Assembly: GCA_016794365.1 (NCBI GenBank)
Contig: JAEUKB010000085.1
Location: 19,658-83,657 of the forward strand
DNA from: Myxococcales bacterium
GTDB taxonomy: Bacteria; Myxococcota_A; Polyangia; Palsa-1104; JAEUJZ01
Length of the DNA stretch: 64,000 nucleotides
Direction of reading: 5' to 3'
The translations under genes and the position numbers were made by a program. The notes below the pieces were generated by a model that worked only from the letters and a program-made list of their open reading frames with translations, was not told the origin of the DNA and did no database searches. Shown piece after piece: positions 48,580-57,867 of the stretch (position 1 is its first letter; the number at the start of each line of letters is the position of its first letter).

Positions 48580-49602
48580 ATGTCTAGGAATCGCTCTGTC
48601 TTTCTATTTTCTGCTGCACTCTCTGCGCTCAGTCTGTTCGGTTGCGGTGACGCAGTCTCGACAACTGCAAACCATCAAACCCAGCTTGTTCCAGAGCAGT
48701 GCGGATCGTCGCTGAGCAGCTTGCGCCGGAGCATGAACGGACGCGCGCTGCAAGGGCTGACGCTGTCCGCAGCAACCGTCACTCGCGTCACCAAAGGCTG
48801 CGTAGAAGTCGGTGATCTTCACCTCGAAGGAAGCACGCTGGTAGGAACATTCCAAGGCCAGACCATCCGTGGTGCAGACTTCATTGGATCGACCGTAACG
48901 CAGGTTGATCCCGACGGAGTCACCGTCTTTACAGTCATCAGTGATGTGCAAGTAGACGCCTCGGATCCAAGCAACGAGACGCTCCTATATTCGCTCCAGA
49001 GTCAGAATCCGATCGACGGAAAAATCACTGAAGCGTGCGCTCCTGATGCACAAGGAAAGCGCTTTGCGATCCCGGTTCCTGGAACCTGGGACAAGACCGG
49101 CGCGCATCAGCGCAGCACATCGCAGTTTACGTTTGGCTGCACGAGCGCAGCGATCGGCAAGTGCGTGCAGCTTGGTTATCGTCCGTGGAAGAGCGTAAAC
49201 GGACAGTCTTTGGAAGGCTACCATCAAGCATGTACGCGCATGATTCGCTTCGACTATTGTGGCGACGGAACCACGCACACGATCGATGGAACAGAGGTCG
49301 ATGTCTATGATCTCCTCAAGATCAACACGCGCGATTCATTTTTGCTGGCTCCGTTTGACGCCGCATGGAGCGAAGACGGTGCCTACTGCATTGAACGTCA
49401 GCGCTGGATTCGTCTGAGCTTGCTAAATGGAATCACGCTGCAAGCGCTGCTCCCCACCGCGTGTTTGAACAAGTTTGAGCTGACGCTGGCAGAGTCAAGT
49501 CCGGTCGATCCGCTGGATCTGTGCTCGGTGCGCAGCAAGACGATCCCGCGCAGCGCAGTCAAGCTGGACAATCGATCAGGCCTAAACATCGCGCTGCAAT
49601 AG
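48580..49602 (+). CDS. Hypothetical lipoprotein, probably co-transcribed with the upstream kinase
   Basis: LSALSLFGCG lipobox, an 18-bp gap after the kinase stop, and several conserved Cys. No domain recognised. Confidence 0.4.
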   Translation: MSRNRSVFLFSAALSALSLFGCGDAVSTTANHQTQLVPEQCGSSLSSLRRSMNGRALQGLTLSAATVTRVTKGCVEVGDLHLEGSTLVGTFQGQTIRGADFIGSTVTQVDPDGVTVFTVISDVQVDASDPSNETLLYSLQSQNPIDGKITEACAPDAQGKRFAIPVPGTWDKTGAHQRSTSQFTFGCTSAAIGKCVQLGYRPWKSVNGQSLEGYHQACTRMIRFDYCGDGTTHTIDGTEVDVYDLLKINTRDSFLLAPFDAAWSEDGAYCIERQRWIRLSLLNGITLQALLPTACLNKFELTLAESSPVDPLDLCSVRSKTIPRSAVKLDNRSGLNIALQ

Positions 49603-49760
49603 CTCTATGTGGCATCGTTTCGGAATCGATTCGGAGTCCGTTTGGAATCGATTCGGAACCAGCGCAGCACCAGTCTGTTGGCTGTCTGTTGGCTGTCTGT
49701 TGGCTGTCTGGCGTCATTCCCAAGCGGATCCAGCTTCCGTCGGAATGTCGCGTTCCTGCG
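49603..49760. repeat. Intergenic short tandem repeats (ggaatcgattcgga x2; tctgttggctg x3.5) with gggaat/cattcc inverted pairs
   Basis: Visible directly at 49620-49660 and 49674-49713. Confidence 0.7.
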
Positions 49761-49778
49761 ATTGGGAATCGAACATCC

Positions 49779-50321
49779 CTACATCCACGACAGCTTCCAG
49801 CAGTATCGATCAGGAGCCAGCGTACTGCGTGATACCAGCACGTCTTTGGCTCCGGCCAGCTCTAGCACCTGCGCGATGTAACCGCACATGCATTCCTGAA
49901 AGTTGTCAGGAAGACCGGGATAGTCCGATACCAGGAAGTGAAGCAGGTTCGTCGCCACGCGCTCGATCCGCGTCTTTCCCATGCGATGATAGGTGTGCCA
50001 CAGACGAGCAGAGCGCTCGATGATGGTGTCGATCGAAATGACGCGCATCACGATCCGATACACTCCGTTTAGGTGATCGTTGGCCATCGCGCGTCCGATC
50101 AAGCGCAGACCGCTTCGATTGCCGGGATGTAGGATCGGTGCAGCGGTCTCAAACAGGCGTGTGATCGATTCGATCGGAACCCAGTGAAACTCCAGCGTGC
50201 GCAGATACACGTCTTTGTCCGTATCAGAGAGCTGCGAAAGAAATCGACGCTGAGCCTCGGGGCCCGCTCGACCCATCAGCTCGCGCATAAAGACCACGCC
50301 GGTTCCCTTGTAGTTGGCCAT
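49779..50321 (-). CDS. Hypothetical protein (possibly the myxobacterial DUF2378/TIGR02265-like family)
   Basis: A 180-aa ORF from the internal ATG (MANYKGTGVVFMREL...). The family assignment is from memory and not verified. Confidence 0.3.
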   Translation of the reverse strand: MANYKGTGVVFMRELMGRAGPEAQRRFLSQLSDTDKDVYLRTLEFHWVPIESITRLFETAAPILHPGNRSGLRLIGRAMANDHLNGVYRIVMRVISIDTIIERSARLWHTYHRMGKTRIERVATNLLHFLVSDYPGLPDNFQECMCGYIAQVLELAGAKDVLVSRSTLAPDRYCWKLSWM

Positions 50322-50424
50322 GATCCCCCTTCGAGCCTCTTCATAGTACCAAAGGAACGACAGCGGGAGCGCGCAGAAAGGGGTCTCAAGCAGTGACGGG
50401 TTTTGCGACGGGTTTTGCGACTGG

Positions 50425-51498
50425 CTAGTTGTTGAGCGCGCCTGCGTTGATCCAACCACTGATGGTGGCCACTTGCGCCGCAGGGAGAGCACCGCCCGGA
50501 GGCATCCGTCCGCCGACAAAGCACGCTCCGCTGCCGTTGATTTTCATCATGACGTAGCTATTGGCTGCGGAACCGGCCATCACCTGCTTGGTCGAAGGAC
50601 AGTCTTTGCTGTTCACTCCCACCATCGCCGCGTAGGCCTTACCTGCGCTGAGATCCAAGCCATTGGCAGCGCCCGCACCTTGATGACATCCCGCGCAGCT
50701 GTTGGTCAGTAGTGGCTGAACATTGGCCGCAAACGTCGGAGTCAGCGCCATCGCGCTCCGTTCCTGCGTGTTCGTGGATGCATTTCCTGACTCGTCCACC
50801 GCGCGCACCACAAAGTAGTACGTCGTGTTCGGAGTCAGATACTGAACCTGAAACGACGTAGCACCCGGACTCGCGGTGTACGTCGGCGATCCAAAGTTCT
50901 GTCCCCCCGCAGTCGTCGCTTGATAGATGCGATAAACAATGTTGGCAGCGGCTGAGTTGTTGTCCGTTGCCGCTGTCCAGGTCAGATTAACAGAGTTCCC
51001 TGCTGCCGTCGCTGCGGTGACTCCGCCAAAGGTCGGTGCCTGCGTATCAGGGGCCGGGGTTGTCGCGCTCACTTCCGTGGTGTTTTTGTCCAGGTTTCCC
51101 GCTGCATCTTTGGCCCGAACGACAAAGAAATACTTGGTGCTCGCCGCAAGTCCCGTCAGCTTGTGACTGGTGGCTCCCGCCGTCGAGGTTGCCGCCGGAT
51201 TGGTGAACGTCTGTCCCATCGACGTAGTCGCTTGATAGATCTGATAGACGATTCCTGATGCAGGCGTTCGATCATCGCTCGCCGCATTCCAGTTGAGTGT
51301 GACCGCACCCAGCGAAGCCGTCGCCGACTGTGCGCCCCCAAACGTCGGTGGCGTGGTGTCTGTCATCACGGTCAAGTCAGGAGCAACGCTCATGTCCGCT
51401 GGCGTGTTGCCTGGACTTGGATCTCCGCAAGCGCCCAGCGTCAGCATGTACGTAGCAACCAAAGGAAGGCCAAGGATTAGGAACAAAGGCTTTGACAT
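50425..51498 (-). CDS. Lipoprotein with two fibronectin type III domains and a C-terminal PSCyt1-like c-type cytochrome (CxxCH) domain
   Basis: LTLGACG lipobox. Two repeats of about 90 aa (...YQIYQATT...YFFVVRAKDAAGN / ...YRIYQATT...YYFVVRAVDESGN). C-terminal NSCAGCHQGAGAANGLDLS...GGRMPPGG...ISGWINAGA. Confidence 0.5.
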   Translation of the reverse strand: MSKPLFLILGLPLVATYMLTLGACGDPSPGNTPADMSVAPDLTVMTDTTPPTFGGAQSATASLGAVTLNWNAASDDRTPASGIVYQIYQATTSMGQTFTNPAATSTAGATSHKLTGLAASTKYFFVVRAKDAAGNLDKNTTEVSATTPAPDTQAPTFGGVTAATAAGNSVNLTWTAATDNNSAAANIVYRIYQATTAGGQNFGSPTYTASPGATSFQVQYLTPNTTYYFVVRAVDESGNASTNTQERSAMALTPTFAANVQPLLTNSCAGCHQGAGAANGLDLSAGKAYAAMVGVNSKDCPSTKQVMAGSAANSYVMMKINGSGACFVGGRMPPGGALPAAQVATISGWINAGALNN

Positions 51499-51614
51499 AG
51501 TGTGATCCTCTACGCAGGTCGGGACTTTCGGTTGGCAAGCCCGGCTTCTCGCAGCCCCCGTCGTGAAGCGAGCCCGGTTCCACCTCCCGATCGGGGTGGA
51601 GCAAATCCTGTCTG

Positions 51615-52544
51615 ATGCCCAGCCGCTCCATTATAATGGTCGCCACTTTGGCGGTACGGATTCCTACTCTTGACGTCGCAGACAACACTCCGCGCCGATC
51701 TGATTCGATCGAGTCCTTGATCGCGCTGCTGACAGGTCGTCGCTTTGCAGTCCTTTCAGGGGCGGGCATCAGCACCGATTCCGGAATTCCCGACTATCGC
51801 GGACCGAGCGGAACCTTGCGCAAGCGCCAGCCCATGCAGCTTCAGGAATTCCTACGAGAGGACTCCGCTCGCCGTCGCTACTGGTCGCGCAGCTTCTTTG
51901 GCTGGCCCAAGGTCCAAAGCGCGCAGCCAAACGATTCCCATCGCTGCGTCACCGCACTCGAACAGCTCGGACGCAGCACCGGAGTCATCACCCAAAACGT
52001 CGATGGCCTACACAGCGCAGCCGGAAGCAACACCGTGGTCGAGCTTCATGGCAGCCTACACTGGGTCCGCTGTCTGTCTTGTCCGCTGCGCATGCTGCGA
52101 TCGGAGCTTCAGCACATGCTTGGGCGGCTCAATCCGCACGTGTCCGACGCGGGGTCTGTACGCATCGCAGCCGGTGACGCAGAGCTAAATCCCGATGGAG
52201 ACGCCGAGCTAGATCCCCAGCTTGCGCAGCACTTTGTGATTCCGTCTTGTCCTTCATGCCACGGAATCCTTAAGCCCGATGTCGTGTTCTTTGGCGAAAA
52301 CGTTCCGCACGCCGTCGTGTCGCAAGCTTGGTCGATTCTGGATGGAGCCACCGCGCTGCTCGTGCTCGGTAGCTCTCTTGCGGTCTATTCGGGATTCCGC
52401 TTCGCCAAAGGAGCCCACGCTCGCGACATTCCCCTCGCGATTGTGAACCAAGGGAGAACCCGCGCAGATGACCTGGCCGCTTTGTGTGTGGACGCACCGC
52501 TTGGTCAGGTGCTGCCTGCGCTTGTGTCCGCACTCCGCTTGTGA
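51615..52544 (+). CDS. SIR2-family NAD-dependent protein deacylase (sirtuin)
   Basis: [26 protein letters not shown], a Zn ribbon CLSCP...CPSCHG, FFGE and LVLGSSLAV. Confidence 0.85.
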   Translation: MPSRSIIMVATLAVRIPTLDVADNTPRRSDSIESLIALLTGRRFAVLSGAGISTDSGIPDYRGPSGTLRKRQPMQLQEFLREDSARRRYWSRSFFGWPKVQSAQPNDSHRCVTALEQLGRSTGVITQNVDGLHSAAGSNTVVELHGSLHWVRCLSCPLRMLRSELQHMLGRLNPHVSDAGSVRIAAGDAELNPDGDAELDPQLAQHFVIPSCPSCHGILKPDVVFFGENVPHAVVSQAWSILDGATALLVLGSSLAVYSGFRFAKGAHARDIPLAIVNQGRTRADDLAALCVDAPLGQVLPALVSALRL

Positions 52545-54077
52545 TCAGCGCCGACGGAACAGCAGCACCGCAGAGATCTCGCGACCCTGCTCATTTTGCA
52601 TCGGTGGAGCCGCGACCAAGTCCCAGCCCAGCTCTGACATCGTGCGCACAAACAGCGCTTTGTCATGACGACGGAAACGGAACATCGAAAAGACGCGCTC
52701 TCCTTGGCTCTGCGAGCGAACGTGCGCCAGCACCGTCAGCGTATAGCTTCCCTGCATCGGTGCCGGATCCAAGCGACACGTCATGTGAATGTCTTTGACA
52801 TCGGGACAGCTCCGTCGAATCGGACCTTCCAGCCAGCGCGCAGTCGCTCTCGGAATCTCTCCGCGTAGCGCCGGATCGTTGGCCATCACCTCTTCCGGCG
52901 TCTTCCCCCAGCCCAGCTGTAGATCGATCACCAAGAAGTCATCGGTCCGCGCCACCGCGTTCAGGTTGTTCATCAAAAACTGCACTTCATCATCCAAGTT
53001 CGCGAGCGTGCAGCCGAGGATCGTATAGACCCGCGTGCGCTGCATCCGCGACGACGGCTGATAGTGCAGCTGCGTGTACGAACCGAGCCGATGGAAGTTC
53101 CCTTGCATCGCCCAGATGTGCATTCCTGAAATGCCGCCCAGCGTATCGACCGCGTGCTTGTACGCGACGCTCAGCAGCGGCTGACTGATATCGAGCAGAC
53201 ACAGATCCGCATCCACCTGGCTCTGCATCGAGATCATGTCCTGCACGAGCTTTGTCTCCAGCACACCATTGCCCGCACCGAGCACAATCACATTCAGTCC
53301 TACTTTGGGCCCGGTCGTGATGATCGCTTTGGCAATCTCATGCAGCGGAATCTTCGAGTGATGCGCCATCGTCACCGCCGATCCCCGCGTCATCGCCAAG
53401 TAATCCAGCGCGCTGTGATGATCCAGATACGCGCTCGTCTGTTCCACCAGTCCGCCCGCACCTTGCAGAAAGCGCGCCAGATCTTCGACCAAACGGACTC
53501 CGTCGTAACCCGGCGTCACATACCAGTTCATCGAGCCCGCACGACTGTCCTTTTGCGCCAGTGCGCCACGCTCAATCGGCAGCGGCATCTCTCGCAAAAT
53601 CGCCAGATCCGCCCAGGTCAGCTGTAGCTCTTCCACCGCCATCAGCCGCAGCAGCGTTCCGCGCGTCGGACGAGTCCGCGCCGTTTCAATGAACTTGATC
53701 GTCGCTTCCGACAGCCCGGTCTTTTTGCCCAGCGCCGCACGACTCAGCCGCGCCGACAGCCGCCTGTCTTTGAGCAGCTTGCCAAACTGAAGCAGCGTCT
53801 CACGCGAAAGCCGAGGCTCTCGTCGTCCCGTCAAGTCGGCCACCAGGTTGCTCTTCAAGTCTACAAAGTGTGAGATGTCATGCAGGATTTGCAGATAAGA
53901 CTTCGCTATATCGGCATCCTCACCAAGCTGAATCAAGCGCTGAAAGTAAGCAATCAGCGCATCTGCATGAATCCTAACATTTGAGGATAAAACATGCTCA
54001 GCCACGGTCAATTGAGGAATCGATTCTACGTCCGCTGTCGCTGTACCGTTGTTCATCTGATGTGTCCGCTTTATCAC
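52545..54077 (-). CDS. Fusion protein: N-terminal XRE-type HTH plus a C-terminal EgtD-like (Methyltransf_33) SAM-dependent methyltransferase fold
   Basis: HTH LSRAALGKKTGLSEATIKFIE. The C-terminal region shows an EgtD-like order of blocks: YLDHHSALDYLAMTR, VIVLGAGNGVLETKL, LLDISQPLL, ILGCTLANL and FLVIDLQLGW. Confidence 0.45.
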   Translation of the reverse strand: MIKRTHQMNNGTATADVESIPQLTVAEHVLSSNVRIHADALIAYFQRLIQLGEDADIAKSYLQILHDISHFVDLKSNLVADLTGRREPRLSRETLLQFGKLLKDRRLSARLSRAALGKKTGLSEATIKFIETARTRPTRGTLLRLMAVEELQLTWADLAILREMPLPIERGALAQKDSRAGSMNWYVTPGYDGVRLVEDLARFLQGAGGLVEQTSAYLDHHSALDYLAMTRGSAVTMAHHSKIPLHEIAKAIITTGPKVGLNVIVLGAGNGVLETKLVQDMISMQSQVDADLCLLDISQPLLSVAYKHAVDTLGGISGMHIWAMQGNFHRLGSYTQLHYQPSSRMQRTRVYTILGCTLANLDDEVQFLMNNLNAVARTDDFLVIDLQLGWGKTPEEVMANDPALRGEIPRATARWLEGPIRRSCPDVKDIHMTCRLDPAPMQGSYTLTVLAHVRSQSQGERVFSMFRFRRHDKALFVRTMSELGWDLVAAPPMQNEQGREISAVLLFRRR

Positions 54078-54271
54078 TTGATTCCGCGAAGCAATGCAAT
54101 GACTGCTTCACTGGACCGCAAACATTACATGCCAAGACGCGGACGTCGAGCGCAAATCGTACAATCAGCAAACGGACTCCAATTGAGCATTATTTGCCCA
54201 TTAGTACCAGGACTGTCATTTTGTGGACTTTGTTGTACTAACTTTGATTCGGATTCAGCGAACCTGATGTC

Positions 54272-54317
54272 TTTGTTTGGACTGAGTCTTATTCACATCA
54301 AACTCAGTCCAAACAAA
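54272..54317 (-). terminator. Perfect 16-bp-stem hairpin (tttgtttggactgagt...actcagtccaaacaaa) downstream of the PEGA-domain gene
   Basis: Exact inverted repeat with a 14-nt loop in an AT-rich intergenic stretch, 38 bp after the stop at 54355. There is no clear U-tract. Confidence 0.5.
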
Positions 54318-54354
54318 TTACTGTTCAAATGAACAGTGCAGAGACCCACGCTGA

Positions 54355-55773
54355 TTACGGCACCCAGTTGATGCTTTGGTGCGTACGTGGAGTCAGTCCC
54401 AAGATCAGCCCAAGCGCCGCGCCACCGAGCACCACACCACCGAGCGCCCACGGCCACCACTTTTTGTAGAGCGGCTTTTTCGACGGCTTCTGCGCGGACG
54501 GATCTTCTTCGATGGTCCCGTCGCCCAGCTGAATGTGCAGTGACACGGTGCGCTCGGGCTCGACCAGCACTTCCCCTTGATACGGCGGCAGCCCCGGCGC
54601 GCGAACCTCCAGCGGCAGCCGACCCGCCCACGCCGGGCGCAGAAGCGGCGTAATCCCCAGCTTGCGATCTCCGATAAAGACCTCGGCCCGCGACGGAACA
54701 CTGCTGATTTTCAGCGTTCCCCGAGGCCGCTGAAACGACTGCTCGAGCATCAGCGCCACCGCCGCACTGACCTTTCCCGCCGCCTTGCTGAGCGTACAGT
54801 TTGCGCAGAGCTGATTGGAGCTAACCGCGCGATCTCCGACGCCGACATCGATCAGCGACAGGTGCAGACGCCAGTCCGACTGCTGTCCGAGCCCGCTGTG
54901 TTCCGAGTGAAGCAGCAGCACATATTCCGCCTGACTGCGACGGCCCAGCTCTTCCTGACACTGGAGCGAGTTGAGACAGTTCTGAAGCTGCGGTGCCGCC
55001 GAGAGCGCACCTTCCTGTCGCTTGACGATGTAGCCCGCCTCGTGGGCCGATAGCTCGACCGCCTGCTCGATCTGCCGGATCGCTTCTCCGTCGAGCCCTC
55101 GATAGTGAGGCAGCCACACCAGGAGCGGCGCTTGTGACATCGCAATCTCGTCCGATTCGACCGAGCTACGCAAAAGCCAACTGGCCCCGGTGTGGATGTC
55201 CAGATCTTGCTGTTTGCGACGAGCCGCAAGCTCAAGCACCACTTGATGCTTGCCGACGGAAAGCAGCAGCGGCGCCGACAGCGGAAGCACTCCGACCACG
55301 CGCTCATCGACCAGCACCAGCGATCCTTTTTCACCCAGAATCAGCACTTCTCCCGACGGAGGAAGCGGCTCTGCCAGGATCTTCGCGACATCGCTGTGCG
55401 ACTCGGGTAATGGACCGTCGTGCTCGGACTGATAGCGACGCAGAAGATCCGCCGCTTCGACGCTGCGACGCTCGATATACGCCAGGTGTCCCAGTCGATA
55501 CAGCGTCTCTAAGTCCGCGCGCAGCCGATACGCTTCTTCTAAGAGCTGGTAGCACAGCGACAGCGAGTTCTGCTGAATCGCCATCTGCGCCGCCGACAGA
55601 AGCTGCGCCACACGCGCCGTCGCCACACTGTCTGCCGCCTGCGGAACCGAGCGCGCATCAGGCTTTGCCTGCGCAGTCAGCGACGACAAAAGCAGCAGTG
55701 GCCCCAGTAGCCACAAAAAAACACAGGCCAGACCCTGGCGCTGTGCTGCCGCATGCCCCCGCATCCCTTTCAA
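54355..55773 (-). CDS. Secreted PEGA-domain protein with a C-terminal TM anchor
   Basis: Signal peptide, PEGA-like LKISSVPSRAEVFIGDRKLGITP, and C-terminal TM WPWALGGVVLGGAALGLILGL. Confidence 0.45.
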   Translation of the reverse strand: MKGMRGHAAAQRQGLACVFLWLLGPLLLLSSLTAQAKPDARSVPQAADSVATARVAQLLSAAQMAIQQNSLSLCYQLLEEAYRLRADLETLYRLGHLAYIERRSVEAADLLRRYQSEHDGPLPESHSDVAKILAEPLPPSGEVLILGEKGSLVLVDERVVGVLPLSAPLLLSVGKHQVVLELAARRKQQDLDIHTGASWLLRSSVESDEIAMSQAPLLVWLPHYRGLDGEAIRQIEQAVELSAHEAGYIVKRQEGALSAAPQLQNCLNSLQCQEELGRRSQAEYVLLLHSEHSGLGQQSDWRLHLSLIDVGVGDRAVSSNQLCANCTLSKAAGKVSAAVALMLEQSFQRPRGTLKISSVPSRAEVFIGDRKLGITPLLRPAWAGRLPLEVRAPGLPPYQGEVLVEPERTVSLHIQLGDGTIEEDPSAQKPSKKPLYKKWWPWALGGVVLGGAALGLILGLTPRTHQSINWVP

Positions 55774-55914
55774 GATCGCACAAACCTTGCCCGTGCTGAA
55801 GGGACTTGCGCAGCATCACTTGGGACTCGCCACACACCGACCGATCCCTACAGCGAACATAGGTTGACGTATCGACCTACTTTTTGGCATCCCATTGACC
55901 AAGCTTTGGCCAAG

Positions 55915-55933
55915 ATTTAGATTCTTTCTAAAT
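55915..55933. promoter_or_regulatory. 7-5-7 palindrome ATTTAGAttcttTCTAAAT 65 bp upstream of ahpC; candidate PerR/Fur-family operator
   Basis: Exact inverted repeat in the ahpC promoter region. A Fur-family (PerR-like) gene sits immediately downstream of ahpCD. Confidence 0.4.
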
Positions 55934-55997
55934 TTAGTCCAGGCCACCGATTCGTAAGGCCACTGACCTCTCAGCAAACCCGTAAGGAGAACAGACC

Positions 55998-56519
55998 ATG
56001 AGCATTCAAGTCGCTTCGCCCGCTCCCGCTTTTAAGACCCAGGCTCTCGTCGGCAAAGAGTTCAAGACGATCTCATCGACGGACTACGCCGGGAAGTGGA
56101 TCCTGCTGTTTTTCTACCCGATGGACTTCACGTTCATCTGTCCGACGGAGCTGGTCGGGCTCAACGACAAGCACGGCGACTTCGCGGATCGCGACTGTGT
56201 CGTCCTCGCAGCCAGCACGGACACGGTCCACTCGCACCTGGGCTGGACCAAGGCTGACGAGCGGCTCTCGAACCTCAAGTACCCGGTGCTGGCCGACGTG
56301 ACCAAGTCGATCTCGCGCAGCTACGGCGTGCTGCTGGAAAACGAAGGCATTGCGCTGCGTGGCAGCTTCCTCATCGACCCGAACGGCGTGCTGCGCTGGT
56401 CGTGCGTGAACGATGGCTCGGCGGGCCGTAGCATCGACGAGATCATCCGCGTTCTCGACGCACTTCAGACCGACAAGCTGTGCCCGTGCAACTGGAAGAA
56501 GGGCGAGCCGACGCTGTAG
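55998..56519 (+). CDS. ahpC: Peroxiredoxin (AhpC/TSA family, typical 2-Cys)
   Basis: FTFICPTE (peroxidatic Cys) and C-terminal resolving Cys in LCPCNWKKGEPTL. RBS aaggag. Confidence 0.9.
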   Translation: MSIQVASPAPAFKTQALVGKEFKTISSTDYAGKWILLFFYPMDFTFICPTELVGLNDKHGDFADRDCVVLAASTDTVHSHLGWTKADERLSNLKYPVLADVTKSISRSYGVLLENEGIALRGSFLIDPNGVLRWSCVNDGSAGRSIDEIIRVLDALQTDKLCPCNWKKGEPTL

Positions 56520-56647
56520 TCGTCGCTTTCGCAGAAACGTACAGCGACGCTCCGGGGCGCAACCAAAGAGCCCCCGGGGCCGATGTACCGCCTAAATCTG
56601 TACCGCCTGAATCTGTAAGCCTGAATTCGTAAGATAGGGGGCTTTCG

Positions 56648-57256
56648 ATGAAAGTTTCTCAAGAAGAACTCGACGGAGCACGCACGCGGGTTGCGGAGCG
56701 CTTCGGAGCCAAGACGGCTCCGGCTGTGCTGTCGGTCATTCCCGGTGAAATCGTACGTGATGTGGCGCTGAACCTGTCCCGAGCGCTCGACGGAGATTCC
56801 GCACTGCTGGCACGCGCGGATCGGCTCCTCATTGGCTATGGCGTGGTGGTGGCGAAGAGCGGCACGCCGAAGCAAGGGCTCGCTCTGTGGCTGGCCGACG
56901 CAGCCAAGCTGGCAGGAAAGACCGATGAGGATCTCGAAGCTGCGCAGGCTGTCGCGATCGCGTGTGCGACGTACAACGGCTATTACAAGTTCCGCTCACT
57001 CGTGGATCAGAGCAAAGACTTTGACAGCTTCGGCGCAGCACTTCGGGCCAGTCCCTTTGTTCGCTCGTCGCTGCCGAAGACGCTGGTCGAGCTAATTTGC
57101 CTGGCCGTTTCGGTCAGCAATGGCTGCGGTCAGTGCGTCAACGGTCACGTCGCGACCATTCGGCAGGCTGGTCTCTCCAATGCCAACGCGACGATCGATG
57201 AAACGGTGCGAATTGGCGCGGTGGTGGCTGCGCTTGCGGCGTGGGACCACGACTGA
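56648..57256 (+). CDS. ahpD: Alkylhydroperoxidase AhpD-family (carboxymuconolactone decarboxylase-like) protein
   Basis: AhpD-core CxxC/His block AVSVSNGCGQCVNGH. Position right after ahpC. Confidence 0.7.
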   Translation: MKVSQEELDGARTRVAERFGAKTAPAVLSVIPGEIVRDVALNLSRALDGDSALLARADRLLIGYGVVVAKSGTPKQGLALWLADAAKLAGKTDEDLEAAQAVAIACATYNGYYKFRSLVDQSKDFDSFGAALRASPFVRSSLPKTLVELICLAVSVSNGCGQCVNGHVATIRQAGLSNANATIDETVRIGAVVAALAAWDHD

Positions 57257-57303
57257 TCTTGTCTCGGAAAGCAGACGCGGCGAAAATAGAGCTTGGTATC
57301 ACC

Positions 57304-57753
57304 ATGCACGACGTCTCGATGGAACGACAGCAGCTACTTCACTACGAGGAGATCTTGCGTAACGCCGGTCAGTTTGTGACGGTGCAGCGTCGAGCGCTTC
57401 TCAAGTATCTGCTCCGGCATCGGGTGCATCCGACCACCGCGCAGATTGCGGCAGCGATCGGACGCAGTGGCAGTGCCAGCTTGGCGACGGTCTATAACAA
57501 CCTCGCGCTGTTTGCGGAGCTACAGATCATTCGCTCGCTGCGCAGTCCCAAAGGCGAAGTTCACTGGGACATTCGCACCGATCGGCACCATCACTTGGTC
57601 TGCTCAGCGTGTTTCCAGGTGAGCGATCTGTCCGAAGACCAAGTGGCCATCAGCGTTCATGAGCCCGCGCTCGCCAGTCGCATTGTGCGCACCGAAGCGT
57701 GGTTGGTCTGGACCTGTTTTGGCTGTCAGCCGCCGCAGCCTTCCAGCCACTAG
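57304..57753 (+). CDS. perR: Fur-family transcriptional regulator, probably peroxide-responsive (PerR-like)
   Basis: Fur fold features: winged HTH TAQIAAAIGRSGSASLATVYNNL, HHHLVCSAC and C-terminal CFGC metal sites. Genomic context is ahpCD. Confidence 0.65.
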   Translation: MHDVSMERQQLLHYEEILRNAGQFVTVQRRALLKYLLRHRVHPTTAQIAAAIGRSGSASLATVYNNLALFAELQIIRSLRSPKGEVHWDIRTDRHHHLVCSACFQVSDLSEDQVAISVHEPALASRIVRTEAWLVWTCFGCQPPQPSSH

Positions 57754-57867
57754 CCACATCATCCCAGCCATTTGTAAAAGCAGCCGCCTGCGCTGTGGTC
57801 TATAACCAAGCCATCGCCCCGCTTACTTTTATCGGGCGCTTAGACCTTTTGCGGAGACAGATACGGG

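Noticed and set aside
55885-55900. Sigma-54 promoter-like TGGCATcccaTTGAcc upstream of ahpC
   Set aside because: The GG-to-GC spacing is one nucleotide short, and the -12 element reads TTGA rather than TTGC. It does not convincingly match the TGGCAC-N5-TTGCW consensus.
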